This document shows, piece after piece, positions 50,200-64,000 of a stretch of DNA of 64,000 nt (its first letter is position 1; every line of letters starts with the position of its first letter). The translations under genes and the position numbers were made by a program. The DNA is from Octopus vulgaris (lineage: Eukaryota), in the NCBI GenBank assembly GCA_951406725.2, contig OX597814.1, positions 214,024,001 to 214,088,000 of the forward strand, in the 5' to 3' direction. The notes below the pieces were generated by a model, which saw only the letters and a program-made list of their open reading frames with translations, had not been told where the DNA came from and searched no databases.

Positions 50200-52110
50200 G
50201 TCCAACTAAATTTCCTTGTCTTGGAGAACAAGATGTACTCCATCAATTGTTATGTATGAATGTATGTCTATCTCCCATTGTTTTGGGGAGGGGTGGTTAG
50301 GGGCTCGTGTTTTGGCCTGGAAGAAGGAGTTGTGCTCAGGCTCTCCAAGACTGGTGAGATTGATGCAGTTCATGTTCCTTAAAAACTGAAAGTTGACTAC
50401 CACAGATAAAGCATGATCAGGAACAGCACTCTAAAGGGATTGTGTTCTGGGAAGTAGTTAATGTGGGACCAATGGAGGAGGCATATGGCCTAGTAGTTAG
50501 AGCAGTGGACTCGCAGTCGAGGGATCGCGGGTTCGAATCTCAGACCGGGTGATGTGTGTGTTTATCAGCGAAACACCTAAGCTCCACGCGGCTCCAGCAG
50601 AAGATAATGGCGAACTTCTGCTGACTCTTTCGCTACAACTTTCTCTCACTCTGTCCTCCTGCATCTTGCAGCTCACCTGTGATTGACCGGTATCCAGTCC
50701 AGGTGGGGAACTTATATGCCAAGGAAACTGGGAAACTGGCCCTTATGAGCCAGGCATAGCTCGAGAAGGAACAAAGAATGGGACCAATGAGGCAAAACTC
50801 TAAGTTGCAGATGAGTGAGTGAGGGCCCCTAAGTGGAAGGTTACAGACCAGCCAAATTCTGCAGAGTAGTAGTAGCCACTGTAGTTGCAGTAGAAATGAA
50901 AGAGTAAAGAGAAAGCATGGTCTGTGTCAATGTGTGATTTCGTACCACTAAGGTGACTATTTTTGTACACAGTCCATGATATCTGTGTAGCAGCAGCTGC
51001 AATACCATCATATATGTGGGAGCAATATTTCAGGCAGCGAGCTGGCAGAAACGTTAGCACACCGGGCGAAATGCTTAGCGGTATTGCGTCTGTCGTTGCG
51101 TTCTGAGTTCAAATTCCACCGAGGTCGACTTTGCCTTTCATCCTTTCGGGGTTGATAAATTAAGTACCAGTTACGCACTGGGGTCAATGTAATCGACTTA
51201 ATCCGTTTGTCCCCTCTATGTTTAGTCCCTTGTGGGCAATAAAGAAACAAATATTTCAGTGTGAGTCACTTCTGAGCTTTGTATAGGATTACTAGTTGTT
51301 AGGAGTAGAAGTATTTTCTTCCCCCTAAAGAAGGATATCGGAGGCACGTGGCTTAGTGGTTAGGGTGTCAGCATCATAATCGTAAGATTGTGGTTTCGAT
51401 TCGTGGACCGGGCGACGCGTTGTGTTCTTGAGCAAAACACTTCATTTCACATTGCTCCAGTCCACTCAGCTGGCAAAAATGAGTAACGCTGTGATGGACT
51501 GGCGTCCCGTCCAGCTGGGGAACACATATGCCATAGAAACCGGGCCCATGAGCCTGGCTAGGCTTTAAAAGGGCGCATTTTTTTTTATTTTAAAGAAGAA
51601 TGCCAGTCTTTGCTATCATCATCGTTTAACGTCTGTTTTCCGCGCTAGCACGGGTTGGACGGTTCGACCGGGGTCTGGGAAGCCAGGGGCTGCACCAGGC
51701 TCCAGTCTGATCTGGCAGTGTTTCTACAGCTGGATGCCCTTCCTAACGCTGACCACTCCACGAGTGTAGTGGGTGCTTTTTATGTGCCACCGGCACAGGT
51801 GCCAGGGGCGTCTGGCATCGGCCACAATCGGTTGGTGCTTTTAACATGCCACCGGCACAAAAGCCAGTAAAGGCAGCGCTGGCATCGGCCACGTTTGGAT
51901 AGTGCTTTTTATGTGCCACCGACATAGAAGCCAGTCGAAACCATCAATGATGGTGGAGCTTAGTATTTGTAACAGCATTGAGGATCCTAGCTGCGTATTG
52001 TTCATATTTTGATGTCGGTGTTATGAAAACTCCTTTCATAGTGCCAGTACAGGTTTGTCATGAGGTGTCTCAGCTGCACGTGGATGATTGCTTGGACAGT
52101 GTTTACATTT
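50200..52110 (-). mobile_element. Decayed Jockey/CR1-like LINE RT C-terminus, broken by four SINE insertions
   Basis: Minus-strand RKYF..QLVILYKAQ..L(K)YCSHIYDG...SLLFHFY...; SINEs at about 50477-50777 (D-like), 51032-51250 (B), 51340-51580 (D-like), 51615-51940 (C). Confidence 0.65.
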
Positions 52111-52414
52111 ACTTTAAATATAGGAGTATATGTATTTAATGCTGTTCTTGCTTTGAACATATTACTGCTAGCTCCACTTTTTTTTTTAACAGCTTAGAGG
52201 AAGAAGAGCAGCACCCAGTGACCTTTTGCAGAACCTCTGAGACTGGTCGGAGGAAAGGAATAAGAATGCACAAGTCTAATTTGTTACAGTAGGAAGCACC
52301 ACTTTAGAACATAGGGTTATTCAGAAGCCTTGACTGAAAGCTTGCAACTAAATGCATAACACTTAAGAACGTGAAGGAGGAGGAGGTGGTGGTGGTGGCG
52401 GCAGCTGCTGCTGC

Positions 52415-52632
52415 TGTTGTTGTTAAGCAACAAGAGAGGTAAGGGTGATTAGGTGATGGTCTAGGGCTTAGGGACGGGAGACCCCAGACCTTGATGGAAA
52501 AAAAAGAACTTTGGTCGTCTTGTTGTAGTTGAGGGCTCTTCGTTGACACCTGACACCACTGGGAGGTGGCCCTTGAAGTCGCTGGAAATGGAGATCTCCA
52601 GGTCCAAATTCTTGGACAGCTGCTGCTGCAGT
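52415..52632. repeat. Duplicated ~210-bp non-SINE segment, copy 1
   Basis: Highly similar to 61005-61218, same orientation. Confidence 0.85.
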
Positions 52633-53145
52633 CTCAGACTGAATATTGGATTGAGTTTACCATCCAAGATTGACGTGTTTTACATCATTCAGTGCATCAC
52701 TTATTAACATTGGCACGTAAAAAGCACCATCCGATCATGGCCGTTTGCCAGCCTCGCCTGGACCCCGTGCCAGTGGCACGTAAAAGCACCATCTGTTCGT
52801 GGCCGTTTGCCAGCTCCGTCTGGCACCTGTGCGGGTGGCACGTAAAAAACACTCGCGGAGTGGTTGGCGTTAGGAAGGGCATCCAGCCGTAGAAACACTG
52901 CCAGATCAGACTGGGCCTGGTGCAGCCTTCTGGCTTCACAGACCCCTGTTGAACCGTCCAACCCATGCTAGCATGGAAAGCGGACGCTAAATGATGATGA
53001 TTCCAGATATGATTTTTTTTTCAATCAGCTTTCCTATCCAGCGTAGTGTTATATTTCCACGTTCTTCCCTTTGATGTTCCTCATAGCAATATAACTACTG
53101 CCTTTATCTAAAATCTACTGGTTTTAACATATCTCTTTAATATAA

Positions 53146-54043
53146 GCGCAGGAGTGGCTCTGTGGTAAGTAGCTTGCTAACCAACCACATGGTTCCAGGT
53201 TCAGTCCCACTGCGTGGCATCTTGGGCAAGTGTCTTCTACTATAGCCTCGGGCCGACCAAAGCCTTGTGAGTGGATGTGGATTTGGTAGACGGAAACTGA
53301 AAGAAGCCCGTCGTATATATATATATATATATATGCGTGTGTGTCCCCCTAGCATTGCTTGACAACCGATGCTGGTGTGTTTATGTCCCCGTTACCTAGC
53401 AGTTCGGCAAAAGAGACCGATAGAATAAGTACTGGGCTTACAAAGAATAAGTCCCGGGGTCGAGTTGCTCGACTAAAGGTGGTGCTCCAGCATGGCCGCA
53501 GTCAAATGACAGAAACAAGTAAAAGAGTAATACATGAAACATTACAGAACGTGAGATCTCTACTGAGATTGAATAGAGATTTTTAAACTGGTATGAGCAT
53601 AAACTCATATATTTTATGCACAACAGTGTAAATCAAAAGTCTTCGCTGCGGGTGAAATTAGAATGTAACTCTCTTTTTAATCTTTTACTTGTTTCAGTCA
53701 TTTGACTGCAGCCATGCTGGAGCACCGCCTTTAGTCGAGCAAATCGACCCCAGGACTTATTCTTTGGAAGCCTAGTATTTATTCTATCGGTCTCTTTTAC
53801 CAAACCACTAAGTTACAGGGACGTAAACACACCAGCATCGGTTGTCAAGCAATGTTGGGGGACAAACATATATACATAGATACGATGGGCTTCTTTCAGT
53901 TTCCGTCTACCAAATCCACTCACAAGGCTTTGGTTGGCCCGAAGCTATGGTAGAGGACACTCACTCAAGGCACCACACAGTGGGAATGAACCCAGAACCA
54001 TGTGGCTGGTAAGCAACCTACTTACCACACAGCCACTCCTGTG
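53146..54043. mobile_element. Two family A SINEs in tail-to-tail inverted arrangement
   Basis: 53146-53530 (+) and 53680-54043 (-). Confidence 0.85.
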
Positions 54044-55694
54044 CTACAAATTTTTTCTATGCTTTTTAGAAACAGGTCTAATTTCTATAAGATAGTATCA
54101 ATTGCAAAACATCAGATTTATTTTTCCCTCACAAAATACAAACTTATTGAAACTTGTCAAATTTTTTGTATAATTTTTGCAGCAGACCGCCACCAATTGT
54201 CTCCATCTTTTTAGATGAAGCGTGGTTATTTCTGAGAAAATCTAATATTCTACTCAATGATGTTATGAGCTGGATTGGTCAATCTGCACTAGGTTCCAAT
54301 CTGATTTGGCATGGTTTCTATGGCTAGATGCCCTTTCTTACACTCTAAGAGTGTAGTGGGTACTTTTTACATGCCACTGGTATGGGTGCCAGTTATGTAA
54401 ATACCAGCATCAGCCAAGACTATGATTTCACTTGACTTGACAGGTCTTCTCAAGCATGGTATATCACCAAAGGTCTCGGTCACTTGTCACTGCCTCCGTG
54501 AGTATTATATAAGTGAAATATAAAAGATTGATTCAACAAAATATATCTACCCTCTACAAATATTGGCCTTGTAAATTTAAGTCAAGAGAAATTCTCATTG
54601 AAAGAGTGGTGTGAAAGAGGTTTCTGTTATTTTCTGTCAGATGAAGATTCCTTCTTTGACATAGAAAATTAGCCTTGAAAACTTCCCTCACTGAGACATG
54701 CCAAGCAATGAAGTCATCATCATCATCATCGTTTAACGTCCGCTTTCCATGCTAGCATGAGTTGGACGATTTGACTGAGGACTGGCGAACCAGATGGCTG
54801 CACCAGACTCTAATCTAATCTGGCCGTGTTTCTACAGTTGGATGCCCTTCCTAACACCAACCACTCCAAGAGTGTAGAAACTATTTATTATTCATCGAAA
54901 GTACCAATCATCATTATTGTTATGAGTATGAACTGGAAAAGTATCAGGAGTATACAGAATAGAGATCCACCTCAGAAAAGAGCAAGATCCTGGTTAATAG
55001 TACATCGAAAGTACCAATCATCATTATTGTTATGAGTATCATCATCATCATCGTTTAACGTCCGTTTTCCGCGCTAGCACTTGTTGGACGGTTTCGACCG
55101 GGGTCTGGGGAGCTAGGGACTGCCCCAGGCTCCAGTCTAGTCTGGCAGAGTTTCTACAGCTGGATGCCCTTCCTAACGCCAACCACTCCGCGAGTGTAGT
55201 GGGTGTTTTTTACGTGCCACCTGCACAGGTGCCAGAGGGGTCTGGCATCGGCCACGTTCGGATGGTGCTTTTTTTTATGTGGGGGGGGGGGCAGAAATAT
55301 AGGGGAGCACCAGTGGGGAGGGGTGGTTCAGAGAAATGATGACAGGTTCTAGGCAAGTAGAACGTAGGATATCAAGAGAGGGGTAATGCATGGTGAAATA
55401 GCGTATTGAAGAGGGGGGTTCGAAGAGTAGACACCTATTATGGTGGTGGGAGAAGCGACATCCGGTATGGATGGAGCAAAAATATAGAGATATCCGGTAT
55501 GGGTGGTGGGGGTGGGCAGGGCGGGTGCACTGCGAATACACGATGGTTGATGAATACACGAGAGGCGAGATGGATAATGGATAAATTAGTTAAAATAATT
55601 AGATAGATATAGAAATTAGTTAAAAATAGTTAGATAGATAAGAAAGCATGTATGATTGATGGGGAAGTGAAAATAAATAAGCATTCAACTTATC

Positions 55695-56310
55695 TGCATG
55701 AACTGGAAAAGTATCAGTAGTATACAGAATGGAGATCCACCTCAGAAAAGAGCAAGATCCTGGTCAATAGTAACAACCAAAACACAGCATTCAAAATCAT
55801 GATAGTTGGAGAGAGACTTCATGACATGAACACCTTCAAGTGCCTAGGATCCACTTTGACTGAGGACGGCAGATCTCGAAAGGAGATAACAACAAAACTC
55901 AGTTTAGCCTCAGCTGCCATGACAAAGCTGAACAACATATGAAAAAGCAATTCCATTAGTTTTCCAACAAGACCCTGGTGACTTCAATCTTTTTGTATGG
56001 GTGTGAGAGCAGGACTCTCACTGCAGACACAGAGTGAAGAATCCAAGCATTTGAGCAGAAGGCTGCTACACATTCTGTACACCGAACACTTTTGTCAGGC
56101 AGCAAACTGGCAGACAGGAATCACTCCTTGCACAGGTAAAAAAAACCCAAAGCTTGCCTGGTACAGTCATGTACCCTGCCTAATTGGAGGACAAAAGAGT
56201 GGCAGAGAGAAAATCCTAGTTTCACAACATCAAGGACTGGACAGGTCACAACACAGAGACCATTGACTAAGAAAGCATGTAGAATGGCACCCCAGCAATG
56301 AGGATGATGA
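55695..56310 (+). mobile_element. Decayed RTE-clade LINE
   Basis: EISTEKSK-like, FKCLGSTLTEDGRS..EI...ASAAMTKL, IFLYGCES, RIQAFE, RRLL; 5' bit duplicated near 54928. Confidence 0.75.
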
Positions 56311-56424
56311 ACTGTAAATAACTTGAATATAATTTCTATCTGACAAAAAAAAACAAGGGTTAAAACACTTACAAAATCCCATTAACAAAACAGAAAAATA
56401 AAAATTGCACGTAAGAAGGGATAT

Positions 56425-56887
56425 ATTTCATTACTACCCACAAGGGGTTAAACATAGAGGGGACAAACAAGGGCAGACATAAGTATTAAGTCGATTACAT
56501 CGACCCCAGTGCGTAACTGGTACTTAATTGAGGCAGCGAGCTGGCAGAAACGTTAGCACGCCGGGCGAAATGCTTAGCGGTATTTCGTCTGCGTTACGTT
56601 GTGAGTTCAAATTCCGCCGTGGTCGACTTTGCCTTTTATCCTTTCGGGGTCGATAAATTAAGTACCAGTTACGCACTGGGGTCGATATAATCGACTTAAT
56701 GCCTATGTCTGTCCATGTTTGTCTCCTCTATGTTTAGCCCCTTGTGGGTAATAAAGAAATGGGTACTTAATTTATCGACCCCGAAAGGATGAAAGGCAAA
56801 GTCGACCTCGGCGGAATTTGAACTCGGAACGTAACGGCAGACGAAATACGGCTAAGCATTTCGCCCGGCACGCTAACGTTTCTGCCA
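56425..56887. mobile_element. Family B SINE with a second family B SINE nested in opposite orientation
   Basis: Outer TSD AAGAAGGGATA; inner copy 56531-56760 with TSD GGTACTTAATT. Confidence 0.85.
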
Positions 56888-57382
56888 AGAAGGGATAGAA
56901 CTGCAATGTTCCTGTAATGTAATGTGAAAGTAGCTTCCCTTGGAATATTTAAAATATTTGTTTTCTCTACAAGAAATGTTTTTGACGTCACCATGCTTGG
57001 CGTTTTTTATTTTTCGTTTAATATTTTTTTTTTTAATGAATTAACGGAAAGCTTGAGTGTTACTTCTTGTTAACAAAGAGTATTACCAGAAGACACTGAT
57101 CGATAGAAATAATCGGCGAATCTGATCTTCAAATCAGTTTACTATATTTATCTTAAACTTTATTTTCATACAAGCCTCATTTATTCTTTGCGCTATCGAC
57201 CTTTAGCTTTGAACGAAAAGTATATGGTAGGCTATCCTGATTTCTTCTTTTATTTCAGTTTTTTGCTGGTTTTGGAGGGGTTTTTTCCTTTCAACTTCCT
57301 TTTCAAGAAGAATTTTCTTAGTATTTGAGAAGTTTTTGTTACATAACATTCACAATTGCTCTTCAATTTGCATCGCTGGAAG

Positions 57383-57451
<69 letters not shown>

Positions 57452-58212
57452 ATATATATATATTAGATCACTGGAGACAAAAATACACACACACACACAC
57501 AGAGAAACGGGGAGGGGAAAAACAGAAGCGAAAAAGGAAACGGAAAGTACATAAAGTTCCAGAGAGGGAGTGAGATAAGAGAAAGAGTAAAAGTAGGTGA
57601 GAGCTACATACAAAATAAAAAACATTCGAATTTCATCAAAGAACAAAACTCTTAGAGACAGTATATCAAAGCAGAAAAACTGCAACAAGATTTGAAGGAC
57701 CTGAACTAACTTCGGAAAACAACAAAGACGGTCCAAAAAATCAGAGAAGATAGGAATGTGTGGAAATAAAGAGAGCTCTAGCAAAATGCCTTACAACTAA
57801 CTTGTGTTCATATGTTCTATTTATACATATATATCTTAGGAAGGGCATCCAGCTGTAGAAACATTGCCAGATAAGACCGGAGCCTGGTGCAGCCTTCTGG
57901 CTTCCCAGATCCCCGGTCGAACCGTCCAACCCATGCTAGCATGGAGGACGGACGTTAAACGATGATGATGATGATGATGATCTTCGAAATAGGGGCAGCT
58001 GATGAAGGGGAATATTCCTTGTATTGTTTGTCTTGTACTCTGTTTCTTCGTTGTTAAAAAAAGTCCGTTTCCTTGTTTGATTTTATGTTTTCACTTCTCA
58101 TTGTGTTCTACGTTTATTTGTGGTGTCCTGTACTCATATATGCTTGTATATATACATATAGATGTAGGTATGTACATATATGTATGCATATGCTTTATTT
58201 ATTAAATTGTTA

Positions 58213-58275
<63 letters not shown>

Positions 58276-58525
58276 TATTTATATATATGTAGCCCGCTAC
58301 TTCAGTAGGTTGAGCACAAGGCTCTTAATCTTGGGGTCGAGGGCCCTAGCTCGGTGTTGGACAGGGTACTTTTTTCTGGTTCTTTATGTTCTGGATTCAA
58401 ATTCTGCCGAGGTCGACTTTGCCTTTCAACCTTTCGAGGTCGCTAAAACAAGGTCGACGTGATCGACTTGCCCACCCCCTTAAAACTGCTGGCCTTGTAC
58501 CAAAATGTGAAACCATTTATACATA

Positions 58526-58895
58526 GGCGCAGGAGTGGCTGTGTGGTAAGTAGCTTGCTAACCAACCACATGGTTCCGGGTTCAGTCCCACTGCGTGGCA
58601 TCTTGGGCAAGTGTCTTCTGCTATAGCCCCGAGTCGACCAATGCCTTGTGAGTGGATTTGTTAGACGGAAACTGAAAGAAGCCTGTCGTATATATGTATA
58701 TATATATTTCTATGTGTGCGTGTATGTTTGTGTGTCTGTGTTTGTCCTCCTAGCATTGTTTATGTCCCCGTTACAAAAGAGACCGATAGAATAAGTACTG
58801 GGCTTACAAACAATAAGTCCCGGGGTCGATTTGCTCGACTAAAGGCGGTGCTCCAGCATGGCCGCAGTCAAATGACTGAAACAAGTAAAAGAGTA
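58526..58895 (+). mobile_element. SINE family A
   Basis: Full copy with a small internal deletion. Confidence 0.9.
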
Positions 58896-59319
58896 TAGAC
58901 AATATACTTAAACATTTAAATATATCTTGAAGATTCGATGCAAATTACTACAATCTTCACAGAGAATGTCTTTATTGTGATTATGCATCGTGTGCTTACC
59001 CAACATTCTGAAACGGGCGGCGATGGAACCAGGAATTTTGTAATCACATCGTATGTTTCGACAGTAATTTGTATCTTAAAACAAGAAAAATGTAAAAAAA
59101 GAATTAGAATTACGATGTTTCAGTGCAGAATATGAAAGTTGTCTCCCTTGGAAGGCTTTAACGCGCTTCGGTCCCAAGAAGGGTTTTGACATCAACGATG
59201 TATTTTTATGAATTAAAGGAGAGAACAAAAAACTATGTGCTGTATAAATATATCGATGGATTCCCGAAGAATTGCTTTAATGCATAACAGTCGTTATGGA
59301 CTGGATGGATACACACAAA

Positions 59320-60410
<1,091 letters not shown>

Positions 60411-60441
60411 TTTATTTCCAGGTCAAGATGTAAACATTAAC

Positions 60442-60480
<39 letters not shown>

Positions 60481-60508
60481 CATATATACATACATATATG
60501 TACATACT

Positions 60509-60551
<43 letters not shown>

Positions 60552-61004
60552 ATATATGCATATGCATATATGGGTACAGGACGTCACAAAACGGGGACAC
60601 CACCAGCCAATGGTTGTTCTGTGTGTTCATCACCTGTTCATACTGAAGTTTCTGGTGCAAATGCCAAGTAGTACAGCATGTCGTTTCCAAATTTCTGGCA
60701 GAGTGAATTGCATCATGGTGCTGTTTTTCTCACAAACGGTGCCCAACTGACCCTACCATACTGTGTAGTCGACAAAATCAAAAACAAACGATGCACATGC
60801 GCAAAATTATAAATATGAAATGGTGACAATTTGCCCATGGTACCCTGTATATATCCTCCAAGACATTGCTGGCCTTGAGCCAAAATTATTGATATTGTTG
60901 CTTGTCGTTGGTTGTTGTTGGTTGTTGCTGGTGGTGGTCGTTGTTCTTGGTTGTTGATAATTGTTGTTGCTACTGTTGCTGTTGTTGTTGTTATTGTTGT
61001 TGCT

Positions 61005-61218
61005 GCTGTTGTTGTTAAGCAAGAAGACGGGTAAGGGTGATTATGTGATGGTCTAGGGCTTAGGGGCGGGAGATCCCAGACCTTGGGGAAAAAAAAAAAC
61101 TTTGGTCGTCTTGTAGTCGAGGGCTCTTCGTTGACGCCCGACACCACTGGGAGGTGGCCCTCGAAGTCGCTGGAAATGGAGATCTCCAGATCCAAATTCT
61201 TGAACGGCTGCTGCTGCT
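61005..61218. repeat. Duplicated ~210-bp non-SINE segment, copy 2, between (GTT)n tracts
   Basis: Matches 52415-52632. Confidence 0.85.
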
Positions 61219-61883
61219 ACTTCTGTTGTTGTTGTTATTATTAGTTGTTGCTCTTGTTGTTGTTATTATTAGTTGTTGCTCTTGTTGTTGCTAAGGCAAG
61301 CAAGCTGACAGGATCATTGGAGTGCCAGACAGTATGCCTTGCTGTATTTTCTGATACTTCTACTTTTCCTTTCTTCCCTCCTGCATATACAGATTAGCAT
61401 CGGGCCCCAGGGCAAACTGTTCTACACACCCATACCTTATGACAACCTCTACTATTTGTTGAAATTGTAACTACATTGATGGTGAGTCATTTTAACCTTT
61501 AAAACCACACAAAATACTGTTGTATTCATTTTCACTTCCCAGCTACATGGCTTCAGGTTCAATCCCTCTGCATAGCATCTTGGGCAAGGGTCTTCTATCA
61601 TAGCTCCAGATTGATCAAAACCTTGTGAGTGTATTTTGTCATACAGGAAGGTTTTACACCCAATGACCAGTGCTACTGTATCGTCATAAACTGTTACAAG
61701 GGCAACAAAGATGTTCAAGAGAGAGACAAAACTCCAGAGGCAACAAACTGTTGGACAAGGATATGAAAATTACTGTAAAAGTTACATTGCTCAAACCTGA
61801 TCAAGGGTATGTTTTAGACTGGATGAGATGTAGTTCTGCTTTGTCCCAGGAAAAGAACAGTGCACTCATGCCATATGTCTTGG

Positions 61884-62266
61884 ATGGAAGCACTCCGTCG
61901 GACTACGATCAGGTGGGTTCCGGTTGATCCGAATCAACGGAACAGCCTGCTTGTGAAATTAACATGTAAGTGGCTGAGCACTCCAACAGACACGTGCACC
62001 CATAACGTAGTTCTCATATTCAGCGTGACATGAGAGTGACAAGGCTGGCCCCTTGAAATACAGGTACAACAGAAACAGGAAGTAAGACTTTGTGAGAGAA
62101 GTTGTGGTGAAAGAGTACAGCAGGGATCACCACCATCCCCTGTTCAGTGCCTTGTTGTTTTAGGTGTTTTCGCTCAATAAACACTCACAACGCCTGGTCT
62201 GGGAATCGAAACCGCGATCCTATGACCATGAGTCCGCTGCCCTAACCACTGGGCCATTGTGCCTCC
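61884..62266 (-). mobile_element. SINE family D
   Basis: Matches 3148-3531. Confidence 0.85.
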
Positions 62267-62269
62267 TGC

Positions 62270-63196
62270 CATATTCTTAGTGAGTCAACTTCCAAAGAAG
62301 AAAATAACTTGCTGTATTTTCCTATGCCTACATTCATCAGTCTGGAGAAGGCCTTTGACAGAGTCCCTTGCACTATGATTTGGTGGTTGCTAAAAAAACT
62401 AGAAGTAGATGAATGGTTTGTGAGGAGCAGTCATCAAAGTGAGTGGGTAATGAACTCAGTGATGAATCTATCATGCAGATGGGAGTTGATTAGGGCTCAG
62501 TTCTCAGACTCCTGATTATTGTAATCTTCCCAGCCATAACAGAATTTAAGACCAGCTACCCTTGGGAACTCCTGTATACTGAGACTTAGCACATTCAGCA
62601 GAATCTAGTGAAACTGGAGCAGAAGTTCCAAATAAGGATGCAAAATCTGGAATTGAAGGACCTTTAATTAAACTTAACAAAAGCAAAAATTTGGTAAGGA
62701 AAATAGGACCCTTGTAGCATGAGGTAAAATGGTCATGCTTCATCTGCCAAAATGAAGTTCACTGGAATTTTATAAGGTGCACCCAGTGTAAACAACAGAC
62801 ACACAAGAAGTGTAGTGGGATAACAAACAGGTTATTAATGGAAGAAGGCTTCATATCCCAGAGGTACACCAGAGCAGTAAACACTAAGAGTGCTGGGGAA
62901 TTAGATTCCCTCAGATGTTCAGATGGCTCCCTAGAAGTAGTTGACAGCTTTTGTTACCCAGGGAACTTAATTAGTAGTGGGGGTAAGTATTCCAAAAGTG
63001 TGATAACTAAAATAAGAACAAGCTGGAGAAGTTCAAGGATCTCTTACTTTAATGACAACAAAGGGTTTCTCCCTCAAACTCAAATGAAGACTATATATAT
63101 GCTATTATGCAAAGTGCACTGCTATACAACAATGAGACGTGGTTCTTGAATGAAAAGTAAGATGAAATTAGGTGAGCAAGCAGTGTTAGAGTGCAG

Positions 63197-63227
<31 letters not shown>

Positions 63228-63770
63228 GTTTAACGTCCGTTTTCCGCGCTAGCACAGGTTGGACGGTCCAACCGGGGTCTGTGAAGCCAGGGGCTGCACC
63301 AGGCTCCAGTCTGATCTGGCAGAGTTTCTACAGCTGGATGCCCTTCCTAACGGCAACCACTCCGCGAGTGTAGTGGGTGCTTTTTACGTGCCACCTGCAC
63401 AGGTGCCAGGGGGGTCCGGCATCGGCCATGATCGGTTGGAGCTTTTAACGTGCCACCGGCACGGAAGCCAGCCGAGGCGGTGCTGGCAACGGCCAATGTT
63501 AAAGTATAAAAGAACTGAGAGATAAAGTGGGTATGAGAGGAATCATATGAAGTGCAAGAGAGGAGACTATGTTGGTTTAGGCAGGTGATGTGAATGGGGG
63601 ATGACAGCTGCATTAAGAAGTGCTAAGTGCTCAAAGCTGACGGCTGTGGAAGAAGCAGACCTATAGAAGCATAGGAGAAAATGGTAAAAAGGGATCTCAA
63701 GATTCTGAGTCTCTCAAAAGAGGTGCCAAGTGACTGTGACAATTGGTTATATTACATGTTGAGGCAAACA
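62270..63770 (+). mobile_element. Decayed RTE-clade LINE (with family C insertion 63199-63495)
   Basis: FISLEKAFDRVP..IWW, LEVVDSFCYPGNLISSGG; many stops; probably extends upstream to about 61650. Confidence 0.75.
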
Positions 63771-64000
63771 TGGCAAAGGGAATGCTAACAAGGGGAGTGT
63801 TTGAGTTGCTCTTGTTGCATCATTCTACTGCTTCCTTCTTGCCCTTAATTGCATTCATCCCCAACTCTCTCCCCTCTTCTAAAATTCCCTCCAGTCTGAA
63901 TTTTCTTTCACTGTTTTGGCTGCACTCACCTATTGTTCCCCACCCCTGCATCACAGCTTCCCTATCAATTCTCTCACCATCCTCCTCACAGCTTCTCTAT

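Larger units (their letters stand above)
33018..58000. mobile_element. Dense cluster of SINE-like family C copies ((GAT)n tail, GGAAGGGCATCCAGC core, internal ~56-65 bp tandem units)
   Basis: Copies start near 33018, 33873, 35840, 37205, 37925, 38500, 41026, 42100, 42925, 43487, 44228, 46744, 47239, 48585, 48972, 49336, 49584, 51615, 52710, 54270, 54714, 55038, 57837 (plus 63199); both orientations. The span marks the cluster, not one element. Confidence 0.85.

Noticed and set aside
50206-50403. Possible last exon of a gene convergent with RFC2
   Set aside because: Continuous with the decayed LINE RT C-terminus upstream on the same strand.
56767-56994. 75-aa minus ORF MVTSKTFLVEK
   Set aside because: Half is SINE sequence; no recognisable homology or good splice donor.
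57350-57784. Hydrophobic 144-aa minus ORF / purine-rich plus strand
   Set aside because: Compositional bias running into (TA)n; plus-strand frames have stops; no family recognised.

Overview
AT-rich, repeat-dense eukaryotic genomic DNA. The SINE/LINE/MITE repertoire looks molluscan, most likely octopus (inference from remembered repeat families; no search was run). One protein-coding gene is clearly supported: a 9-exon RFC2 (replication factor C subunit 2, AAA+ clamp loader; 347 aa) on + from 31234 to 50012, with all introns GT-AG and an E2F-like site just upstream of the ATG. One U2 snRNA gene lies on - at about 11242-11433. The rest is transposon debris and simple repeats: four SINE families (A-D here), RTE, CR1, Jockey/CR1-like, HERO-like and R4-like LINE fragments, a decayed hAT transposon, three mariners, a Helitron helicase fragment with five non-autonomous partners, Merlin-like, hAT-, piggyBac- and pogo-like MITEs, two minisatellites and many microsatellites. 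Most ORFs in the supplied track are repeat artefacts. Best leads: a bipartite RTE derivative in RFC2 intron 4 with a possible HDV-like ribozyme fold, a U2 variant with an altered loop IV and an unusual 3' flank, a twin-priming-type inverted RTE insertion, inverted repeats bracketing RFC2 exons (dsRNA, editing or circRNA potential), and a recurring AGTTRYYTCCCTT motif shared by the RFC2 promoter, a duplicated module and Helitrons.
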